From Pseudomonadota bacterium (GTDB lineage Bacteria; Pseudomonadota; Gammaproteobacteria; GCA-001735895), in contig JACZQS010000001.1 of NCBI GenBank assembly GCA_022545625.1, positions 1-30,183 on the forward strand: DNA of 30,183 nucleotides, written 5' to 3'. Position 1 is the stretch's first letter. The number at the start of each line of letters is the position of its first letter. Under the pieces are notes generated by a model. That model was not told the DNA's origin and did no database searches. It saw only the letters and a program-made list of their open reading frames with translations. Below are positions 9,042-16,711 of the stretch, in pieces. Both the position numbers and the translations under genes were made by a program.

Positions 9042-10076
9042 TTACAGTTGATCGGGATGCGCGGCTTTCTTCCGTGCTTCTTCCTTGGAAATGGCTCCCT
9101 TCGCCAGCAAGGCTTTGAGATCCTGATCGAGTGTTTGCATACCAATGCTTTGACCCGTTTGAATCGCCGAATACATCTGCGCTACCTTATCTTCGCGAAT
9201 CAGGTTTCGAATAGCGGGCGTACCGATCATTATTTCGTGGGCCGCGATTCGACCGCCACCAGTTTTTTTCAGCAGGGTTTGTGCGATTACGGCTTTAAGC
9301 GACTCAGATAACATCGATCTAACCATCGATTTTTCGCCTGCCGGGAACACATCGACTATTCGATCAATAGTCTTCGCTGCGGAGCTGGTGTGCAGGGTGC
9401 CAAACACCAGGTGACCCGTTTCTGCCGCAGATAATGCAAGTCGAATGGTTTCCAGATCGCGCATTTCGCCGACCAGTATAGTATCCGGGTCTTCGCGCAG
9501 GGCTGAACGCAACGCTTCGTTAAATCCCAGCGTATCGCGATGTACTTCACGCTGGTTAACCAGGCATTTTTTGCTTTCGTGGACAAATTCGATCGGATCT
9601 TCAACAGTCAGTATATGGCCATACTCGGTGTCATTTTTGTAATCGACCATCGCCGCCAGAGTGGTCGATTTACCCGAACCGGTGGGGCCGGTAACCAGTA
9701 CGATACCGCGGGGAAATTCAGAAATATCCTGGAAGATTTTCGGTGCACCCAACTCCTCGAGGCTCAATATCTTTGAAGGAATAGTTCGGAACACCGCGCC
9801 TGATCCGCGATTATGGTTAAACGCATTGACTCGAAATCTGGCAAGCCCCGGGATCTCGAAGGAAAAGTCAGTTTCCCAGTATTCTTCATAATCCTTGCGT
9901 TGTTTGTCGCTCATGATGTCATAAACCATGTCGTGCACCTGCTTATGATCCATTTCCGGCACGTTGATTCTGCGAATATCACCGTCCACCCGAATCATCG
10001 GTGGCAAACCCGCAGACAGGTGTAAATCAGAAGCGTTCTGTTTAACACCAAAGGCTAACAATTGAGCTATATCCAT
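9042..10076 (-). CDS. pilT: Type IV pilus retraction ATPase PilT
   Basis: GPTGSGKST, LRSALREDPD, ETGHLVFGTLH, PilT-specific AIRNLIRE. Confidence 0.99.
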   Translation of the reverse strand: MDIAQLLAFGVKQNASDLHLSAGLPPMIRVDGDIRRINVPEMDHKQVHDMVYDIMSDKQRKDYEEYWETDFSFEIPGLARFRVNAFNHNRGSGAVFRTIPSKILSLEELGAPKIFQDISEFPRGIVLVTGPTGSGKSTTLAAMVDYKNDTEYGHILTVEDPIEFVHESKKCLVNQREVHRDTLGFNEALRSALREDPDTILVGEMRDLETIRLALSAAETGHLVFGTLHTSSAAKTIDRIVDVFPAGEKSMVRSMLSESLKAVIAQTLLKKTGGGRIAAHEIMIGTPAIRNLIREDKVAQMYSAIQTGQSIGMQTLDQDLKALLAKGAISKEEARKKAAHPDQL

Positions 10077-10298
10077 GAATGGTCCTGTAATGCGTTATTA
10101 ATCTGACAATCTAGTCCCGGGCATTCCCGCACGGAGCTGGTACGCCCAATACAACGCTTGCCCGCACTGAAGTTTGGTTCCGCTCTGGAGCATCCCCGTT
10201 TCAAACTATTAACCGGCCAGCCTACTGGCTTACCGGGTTCATAGATTTGCTAATCCTTATATAGCAGTTAATTGCCTGTAGGGAGAAAATTTATTATT

Positions 10299-10328
10299 TT
10301 TACTGCGCGTTGCCAAAGCGCTTATAAT
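10299..10328 (+). promoter_or_regulatory. Putative sigma70 promoter for yggS-proC-yggT
   Basis: TTTACT (10299-10304), 18-nt spacer, perfect TATAAT (10323-10328). Confidence 0.45.
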
Positions 10329-10417
10329 CGGGTTATCCATGTGTCGTTAGGCTCATATAGTGCTTCTGGCTAATTGCTGATTTGCCCAAATCTTATATCT
10401 GAACTATCGCTAATCCC

Positions 10418-11101
10418 ATGCACAGCATCGAAAAAAATCTCGCCCAGATTCGCCTCCAGATTGAGCAGGCGGCAAGCGAATATAACCGTGACTCCCACAA
10501 TATTTCACTACTGGCAGTCAGCAAAAAAAAACTCCCGGCTGACCTACGAAACGCCTATAGTTGCGGGCAAAGAGATTTTGGTGAGAATTTCCTGCAGGAA
10601 GCGCAGGCTAAGATGCGAGATCTGTCCGACCTGGATATTATCTGGCATTTTATCGGTCCGGTGCAGTCGAACAAGACCCGGGCTCTTGCAGAGTCATTTG
10701 ACTGGGTGCACTGTGTCGACCGTCTCAAGATCGCGCGACGCCTGAGCGATCAACGACCCGAATCGATGCCCCCGCTAAATATATGCATCCAGGTGAATAT
10801 TGATCTTGAAACAAGCAAGTCTGGCGTTGCACCCGACGGTATCGTTGCTATCGCCGAAGCTATTTGCAATTTACCAAAGATAAGACTCCGCGGTTTAATG
10901 GCTATTCCGGCACAACAGTCCAGGTTTGAATTACAGCGTGAACCCTTCGCGAAAATGAGACAGGCCCTGCATGACTTGCAACAACGCGGTCTCGATTGTG
11001 ATACGCTTTCCATGGGCATGAGCCACGATATGCGGGCAGCGATTGCAGAAGGCTCGACGCTGGTTAGAATTGGTACCGCAATCTTCGGGGAACGACTTTG
11101 A
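10418..11101 (+). CDS. yggS: PLP homeostasis protein YggS
   Basis: LLAVSK, FGENFLQE, WHFIGPVQSNK, LSMGMS, VRIGTAIFG. Confidence 0.98.
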   Translation: MHSIEKNLAQIRLQIEQAASEYNRDSHNISLLAVSKKKLPADLRNAYSCGQRDFGENFLQEAQAKMRDLSDLDIIWHFIGPVQSNKTRALAESFDWVHCVDRLKIARRLSDQRPESMPPLNICIQVNIDLETSKSGVAPDGIVAIAEAICNLPKIRLRGLMAIPAQQSRFELQREPFAKMRQALHDLQQRGLDCDTLSMGMSHDMRAAIAEGSTLVRIGTAIFGERL

Positions 11102-11937
11102 ATCATCAACAGCTTTGCTTTATCGGCGGGGGCAATATGGCATTTAGCCTGATCGGCGGCATGCTTGCCAACGGCTATTCGGCGTCAAATATTACAGCCT
11201 GTGATATAGACGAAGAAAAACTTGCCGGGTTATCAACGAATTACGGCATTAACACATCAACCGATAGCCTGAAAACGGTTGGGTCAGCCGATATAGTCAT
11301 ACTTGCAGTTAAACCCCAGGTCATGCAGGTGGCTTGCGAACAGCTGGCTCCTGCCGACATTAAAACCGATTGTTTGTTTATCAGTATTGCTGCCGGTATC
11401 CGCGAATCGGCAATCAATCGCTGGCTTGGGAGCGAACGGTCTGTAGTTCGCTGCATGCCTAACACTCCCGCACTGGTGCAACTCGGCGCCACCGCTTTGT
11501 TCGCCAATCCACGGGTCAGCGCAGAACAAAAAAGTGCCGCCCAGGCGATACTCGACGCCGTTGGCATCACGGTCTGGGTAGAGCAGGAATCGGCGCTGGA
11601 CGCGGTAACTGCTATTTCTGGTAGCGGTCCCGCTTATTTTTTTTATTTTATCGAGCTATTGCAACAGTCCGGCGAAAAACTCGGTCTGCCAAAGGAAACT
11701 GCCCTGTTGCTGGCAAAGCAAACCGCCCTGGGGGCAGCCTCGATGGCACAGAACGGGGATGTCGTGCAATTACGCGCCCAGGTGACTTCCAAGGGCGGTA
11801 CCACGGAAGCGGCCATACTCTCGTTAGAGCAAAATGGTTTAGCTTCGTTGCTTGAAAAAGCGACCCAGGCTGCTCGCGACCGCTCTGTCGAACTGGCGGA
11901 TCAATCTGAATCCAGGGAACCTGTATACAAGTCATGA
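11098..11937 (+). CDS. proC: Pyrroline-5-carboxylate reductase
   Basis: FIGGGNMA, LAVKPQ, SIAAG, RCMPNTP, SGSGPAYFF, VTSKGGTT. Confidence 0.98.
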   Translation: MNHQQLCFIGGGNMAFSLIGGMLANGYSASNITACDIDEEKLAGLSTNYGINTSTDSLKTVGSADIVILAVKPQVMQVACEQLAPADIKTDCLFISIAAGIRESAINRWLGSERSVVRCMPNTPALVQLGATALFANPRVSAEQKSAAQAILDAVGITVWVEQESALDAVTAISGSGPAYFFYFIELLQQSGEKLGLPKETALLLAKQTALGAASMAQNGDVVQLRAQVTSKGGTTEAAILSLEQNGLASLLEKATQAARDRSVELADQSESREPVYKS

Positions 11938-12107
11938 ACGACCAGATTGGAGCTGGAATAGTTAATTTCCGCATCGCTAAACCTGACCCCATGGGGAAAC
12001 GATTGCACTGGGTCTTAGCCAGGTTTTGCACCCTGATTTTTATCCTGGTGACTTCAAAATTAACTCACCCAAACCTGATCAGAGATTCTATAATATTCAC
12101 TAACTAA
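11934..12107 (+). CDS. Possible 57-aa small membrane protein (not in ORF track)
   Basis: ATG overlaps proC stop (ATGA); frame open to TAA 12105-12107; one hydrophobic segment LHWVLARFCTLIFILVT; no recognisable family. Confidence 0.25.
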   Translation: MNDQIGAGIVNFRIAKPDPMGKRLHWVLARFCTLIFILVTSKLTHPNLIRDSIIFTN

Positions 12108-12122
12108 ATCGTCGGATCTGAT

Positions 12123-12728
12123 ATGGGTTCAAGCTATTTTACATCTCCGTTAACGCTGATCGTCTCTACATTGTTTGATTTGTACGTGCTGATCGTTTTG
12201 CTAAGATTTATGCTGCAATTGATGCGCGCTGACCCTCACAATTCGGTGTCCCAGTTCATCATCAAGTCGACCTCACCGCCGCTGAGATACCTGCGCCGGT
12301 TCATTCCCAGCGTATTCGGGCAGGATGCCTCCGCAATCGTATTATGCCTGGTCGTTACCTACGCCAAATTCGTCTTGTTGCGTCTGCTCGATACCGAGGT
12401 AGTGCATATCAATAATACGATTGCGTATATTGGTGGTGTTAGTTACCTGGGTTTATTGATTTATTCTATCGCCGACCTGGTATCGCTGTTTCTCAGTATT
12501 TTTCTGATTGCCATTTTAATCCAGGTAATCCTGAGTTGGATAAACCCCGGCATTTACAACCCGGTCATAGGTCTTGTCAATACCCTGGCGACACCTGCTT
12601 TGCGCCCAATACAAAAACTGATCCCTCCTGTCGGGGGAATTGATTTATCACCATTATTCGCCATGCTGATGATCATGGTAGCCAAGATGCTGATAATTTC
12701 CCCGATAATGAACCTTGCCAATCAGTGA
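12123..12728 (+). CDS. yggT: YggT family membrane protein
   Basis: Two YGGT repeats (LLRFMLQLMRADPHNSVSQF; LSWINPG..NP..PIQKLIPPVGGIDLSPL); conserved position after proC. Confidence 0.95.
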   Translation: MGSSYFTSPLTLIVSTLFDLYVLIVLLRFMLQLMRADPHNSVSQFIIKSTSPPLRYLRRFIPSVFGQDASAIVLCLVVTYAKFVLLRLLDTEVVHINNTIAYIGGVSYLGLLIYSIADLVSLFLSIFLIAILIQVILSWINPGIYNPVIGLVNTLATPALRPIQKLIPPVGGIDLSPLFAMLMIMVAKMLIISPIMNLANQ

Positions 12729-12750
12729 TTTAACCTGGCACCGGAGCGAT

Positions 12751-13206
12751 TCAGTTATCGATCGACTGCTCGGCCTTATGTCGAGCCTGGATGAACTTTG
12801 AATGGGGTAGATAAAGCAGTTCTGAGACTTGTCGAATCAAATGTTCTTCATAGCGGTCCTTGATGCCATCCGCGTAGACAACCTGCCACATCATTTCGAC
12901 CACACGCACTTTCATCGACGCATCAAACTGCTCATTCAGCAGACGCGTAATATGCTGTATCGACACCAGCTTATCCGAACTTTCTCGCGCCTGAATCATC
13001 AGTTCGTCCAGATCGGTCTCATTCAACGAAAACTGCTGCGCCAACAATTGCCTCATTCGATCAAGTTCAGATTGCTGCTCCACGAAGTCAGCCCGGCAAA
13101 CTTCGACTAGCAGCGTTGCAGTCGCAACGTGCAATGCATGTTCCTGATCAAAAGCCGATGATTGCGGTTCGCTGCTGCGAAATAATTTGTGCAGAATTGA
13201 TTTCAT
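12751..13206 (-). CDS. TerB family (tellurite-resistance-like) protein
   Basis: ATATLLVEVCRAD..E, MMWQVVYADG..DRYEEHLIRQVSELL pattern typical of TerB-like proteins. Confidence 0.85.
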   Translation of the reverse strand: MKSILHKLFRSSEPQSSAFDQEHALHVATATLLVEVCRADFVEQQSELDRMRQLLAQQFSLNETDLDELMIQARESSDKLVSIQHITRLLNEQFDASMKVRVVEMMWQVVYADGIKDRYEEHLIRQVSELLYLPHSKFIQARHKAEQSIDN

Positions 13207-13270
13207 TAATAACTCCTGGAATTCTATTGTTACTTTCGTATTTGACAGTTAGCGCCTAAATAATTATTCC

Positions 13271-13306
13271 ATAGGTTTTATCGATAGACAAATAGATTTT
13301 AATTGC
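13271..13306. promoter_or_regulatory. Candidate OxyR/LysR binding site in the terB-like/oxyR divergent region
   Basis: ATAG-gttttat-CGAT (13271-13285, 7/8 match to ATAG-N7-CTAT, T-N11-A) and a second ATAG at 13292, 1 nt off ideal spacing. Confidence 0.45.
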
Positions 13307-13360
13307 TTTTATCTAAAATTCTCTGCAGAATTGGATGTCATATCGAGTACTTTCAGTGCC

Positions 13361-14281
13361 ATGACATTAACTGAACTAAGATACATCGTAGCAGTTTCGC
13401 AAAAAAATCATTTTGGCAAGGCAGCACAGGCCTGCTTTGTTAGTCAACCCACACTCAGTATTGCAATCAAGAAACTCGAGTCAGAACTTGAAATCCGTCT
13501 GTTTGAGCGCAGCTCCAAAAACGAAATTCGAATTACTGAAATCGGCCAGCAAGTGATTAACCAGGCCTATATCGTCCTCCAGGAGGCACGTTTGTTGGGT
13601 GAGATCGCCCAACAGGGCAAGGACCCGTTGTCTGGCCCATTCAAGCTAGGCGTTATTTATACAATAGGACCCTATCTATTACCCAGTTTGATTCCGGTGC
13701 TGACCAAAAGCGTACCAAACTTGAAGCTTATTATCGAAGAAAATTTTACCGCCAACTTGTTCCAGTCGCTAAAACAGGGGACACTCGACGCTATTATTAT
13801 TTCTTATCCATTCGAGGAACCCGGAATCGAGACAGCTCCACTCTACGAAGAGCCTTTTATCGTTGCCCTGCCAGGTAATCACGCCTGGAAAGATCGGGAT
13901 ACAATTCCGACAGATGAACTGGCATCGCAGGATTTGATGTTACTCGGCGCGGGCCATTGCTTCAGAGACCAGGTAATTAGAGCCTGCCCTAACTGCATGT
14001 CGGGAAATAGCGAATTAACCCGTACCCTCGAAGGCGGGTCGCTGGAGACTATACGGCACATGGTTGCTGCCGGAACCGGAATTACGGTATTACCTCGCAC
14101 CAGTATCATGCCGGGCCAGATCAACGAAAACATGATCGATATTAAACCGTTCGAACCACCCGCTCCGAGCCGCATCGTAGCAATTGCCTGGCGTAAGCAT
14201 TACCCTCGCAAGGCGGCCATCGAAACCATTCGTGACACGATACAAACCTGCCCTTTAAGTGGCGTTGAAATTATTCATTAA
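13361..14281 (+). CDS. oxyR: Hydrogen peroxide-inducible LysR-type regulator OxyR
   Basis: LysR HTH MTLTELRY..HFGKAAQACFVSQPTLS; redox motif GHCFRDQVIRAC with E. coli C199/C208 spacing; SLETIRHMVAAG; ATG 13361. Confidence 0.93.
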   Translation: MTLTELRYIVAVSQKNHFGKAAQACFVSQPTLSIAIKKLESELEIRLFERSSKNEIRITEIGQQVINQAYIVLQEARLLGEIAQQGKDPLSGPFKLGVIYTIGPYLLPSLIPVLTKSVPNLKLIIEENFTANLFQSLKQGTLDAIIISYPFEEPGIETAPLYEEPFIVALPGNHAWKDRDTIPTDELASQDLMLLGAGHCFRDQVIRACPNCMSGNSELTRTLEGGSLETIRHMVAAGTGITVLPRTSIMPGQINENMIDIKPFEPPAPSRIVAIAWRKHYPRKAAIETIRDTIQTCPLSGVEIIH

Positions 14282-14451
14282 GGGTTCTTTAGATGAACTA
14301 GGTAATAACAGGCAAAATGAACTCCTGGTAGATAAGGGTACTGTGCCGCTACCACAGATTTTTCCAGCAGCCTCCTGGAATAATGCTACTCTGGTACAGC
14401 ACCGAACTTATGTTGTAAAATCAAAGTCCCATTTGTAGATGTCTTCTCCCT

Positions 14452-14721
14452 ATGCCCCGAGTTACCGTATACAGTACCGCAAGCTGCCCGATTTGCGTGA
14501 AAGCCAAAAACCTGCTCAACAAGTGGGATATAGATTATTCCGAGGTAGCTATCGATACCGGTGACAGCGGGTTAAAAGAATTTCGTGACGCCACGCAAGG
14601 GGCTAGAACTGTGCCACAAATTTTGATTGATGGTAAACTGATAGGTGGTTTCTCCGATTTAACCGAATTGCATATGGACGGTGATCTCGATGAACTGATG
14701 AAGCAGGATTGTGAAACCTGA
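14452..14721 (+). CDS. grxC: Glutaredoxin 3-like protein
   Basis: VTVYS..SCPIC, RTVPQILIDG..IGGFSDL. Confidence 0.92.
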   Translation: MPRVTVYSTASCPICVKAKNLLNKWDIDYSEVAIDTGDSGLKEFRDATQGARTVPQILIDGKLIGGFSDLTELHMDGDLDELMKQDCET

Positions 14722-15053
14722 TGGCAAAATCTAAAAAACATACCTTTCGCATCCAGTTCCATAATCATAATCGCATTTATGAACTCTATGCGCATCAGGT
14801 CAGCCAATCTCAAATGGCCGGATTTATCGAAGTAGGTGATATTATTTTCGGTGAACATACGAAATTGCTGATCGATCCGGCGGAAGAGAAACTCAAAAAT
14901 GAATTCGGTAATGTGAAACACATCTATATCCCACATCACTCGGTTATTCGAATCGACGAGGTCGATCATAGCGGCAAAAACAGGATTCTTGACGAAGAGG
15001 GTTCAACGGTCACACATTTTCCCGGGTCGAGCATCATCCCGCAAAAGAATTGA
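14721..15053 (+). CDS. DUF1820 family protein
   Basis: IYELYA..V.QS...GFIEV..IIFGE...LLIDPAEEKLKNEF..V...YIPHHSVIRIDEV; TGATG overlap with grxC. Confidence 0.85.
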   Translation: MAKSKKHTFRIQFHNHNRIYELYAHQVSQSQMAGFIEVGDIIFGEHTKLLIDPAEEKLKNEFGNVKHIYIPHHSVIRIDEVDHSGKNRILDEEGSTVTHFPGSSIIPQKN

Positions 15054-15066
15054 GCGTTATGCAGTA

Positions 15067-15906
15067 ATGCAGATTTCTGCTGTCATACCCAGCCACAATC
15101 GACTGCATTCCCTGATACCGGCTATCGAGTCGGTATCTAGTCAAACCAGCGCAGTTGACGAAATCATTGTAGTAGACGATGGCTCAACCGATACAACTAC
15201 CGCTGAAATTTCCCGGCGTTATCCGCAAATCAAGCTGATCCAACAACCCAACCGCGGTGTTAGCGCCGCCCGTAACGCGGGCATCAAGCTGGCTAGTTTT
15301 GACTGGATAGCACTGCTGGATTCAGACGACACCTGGCTACCTGGAAAAATCTCCTCGATTAGACAGGCTTATTCTTTACAACCCGAATACCTGTTATTCC
15401 ATTCCGATGAAATCTGGATGCGACGCGGCGTCAGGGTCAATGCGATGAAAAAACACGTCAAATCGGGCGGCTGGATATTTGAAAACTGCTTACCCCTCTG
15501 TGTTATATCACCATCGGCCGTAGTATTTCATCGCTCGATTCTGGCCGCGTCGGGTTACTTTGATGAGAACCTGCCTGCCTGCGAGGACTATGACCTATGG
15601 CTTAAAATTTGCCACCAGTACCCGGTGTGTTATATCGACAAACCACTGATCACCAAATACGGTGGACACCGGGATCAATTGTCGACCCGATACTGGGGCA
15701 TGGATAGGTTTCGTATTCGTTCCCTGTATCGGCTGCTACAACGAAATGTTCTCTGTAAACGTTATCACCAGGCAGCAGTTTCAACCCTAATAGAAAAACT
15801 CGAAATCCTGCTAAAAGGCGCGCATAAGCATGGTAATCAAAAAGTCATCGATGAGTTTGCACCGATACTGGATCAAATATGCCTTGCTGGAACCACCCGA
15901 TGCTAG
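15067..15906 (+). CDS. Soluble glycosyltransferase family 2 (GT-A fold)
   Basis: VIPSHNR, VVDDGS, NRGVSAARNAG, DSD, CEDYDLW; no TM helices; ATG 15067 preferred. Confidence 0.93.
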   Translation: MQISAVIPSHNRLHSLIPAIESVSSQTSAVDEIIVVDDGSTDTTTAEISRRYPQIKLIQQPNRGVSAARNAGIKLASFDWIALLDSDDTWLPGKISSIRQAYSLQPEYLLFHSDEIWMRRGVRVNAMKKHVKSGGWIFENCLPLCVISPSAVVFHRSILAASGYFDENLPACEDYDLWLKICHQYPVCYIDKPLITKYGGHRDQLSTRYWGMDRFRIRSLYRLLQRNVLCKRYHQAAVSTLIEKLEILLKGAHKHGNQKVIDEFAPILDQICLAGTTRC

Positions 15907-16709
15907 TCTGGGTTGTCGCGCTCCACTGCGAGGCTAAACCGGTCATCGATCACTACGGGTTAAAGAAATCGGCATCGCACCACGCCTTCGATGTTTACCA
16001 GAAGGATAATATGCACTGTATAATCAGTGGTATAGGGAAAACAGCAGTGGCTGCGGCGACCGCCTGGATCGCCGGCCTCAACCGTCACCAGGGTTCGATT
16101 GCCTGGATCAATCTCGGTACAGCAGGCTCGTCGGCACACACCCTGGGGACCATATTATCGATTTTCAAAATTTCCGATAGTGAATCAGATCGAAACTTCT
16201 ACCCGGTACCAATATTTGACTCGGCTCTGGAACCGGCTCATTGCCTTACACTCAGCCAACCCAGCACTGATTACCAATTGGATCAAATATATGACATGGA
16301 AGCGAGTGCATTTTTTGACGCGGCTACCCGATTCAGCAGTGCAGAACTGGTTCATTGCTTAAAAATAATCTCCGACACGCCCGCGCAAAAAATTGGGCAC
16401 GATAAGGCTCGTATCAGCGAACTGATCGGTCAGCATATTGTCGAACTGGCTAGCTTCGCACAATCGCTCGAAGAATTGAATGATCAGGTTGCTCGACTTG
16501 AGATCAATCAATCCGACTGGGAGAAAATTCTCGGTTGCGCCCATTTTACTCGAACCCAGCAATCGCGAGTGAGTAAATCGCTGCGTTTTTTATTTAGCCA
16601 ACAGCGCCAAACCAGGGCCTTGATCGCTGAAGTAACAAAACTGCAGTCGGCAGAATTGGTCATCGCCCATCTCGAAAATCTTTGCCACCAGCAAACACAG
16701 ACTTTGTAG
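15900..16709 (+). CDS. Nucleoside phosphorylase / MTA-SAH nucleosidase (PNP_UDP) superfamily protein with C-terminal helical extension
   Basis: VVALHCEA, SGIGK..AA, WINLGTAG, YDMEASA, LKIISD correspond to MTAN motifs; ATG 15900 overlaps the GT2 gene by 7 nt. Confidence 0.8.
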   Translation: MLVWVVALHCEAKPVIDHYGLKKSASHHAFDVYQKDNMHCIISGIGKTAVAAATAWIAGLNRHQGSIAWINLGTAGSSAHTLGTILSIFKISDSESDRNFYPVPIFDSALEPAHCLTLSQPSTDYQLDQIYDMEASAFFDAATRFSSAELVHCLKIISDTPAQKIGHDKARISELIGQHIVELASFAQSLEELNDQVARLEINQSDWEKILGCAHFTRTQQSRVSKSLRFLFSQQRQTRALIAEVTKLQSAELVIAHLENLCHQQTQTL

Positions 16710-16711
16710 CC

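Noticed and set aside
10202-10249. Imperfect hairpin in the pilT-yggS divergent region
   Set aside because: Several bulges, no target duplication, no second copy in the window; cannot be assigned a function.
14535-14969. 144-aa antisense ORF across grxC and DUF1820
   Set aside because: Antisense to two well-supported coupled genes; no family signature.
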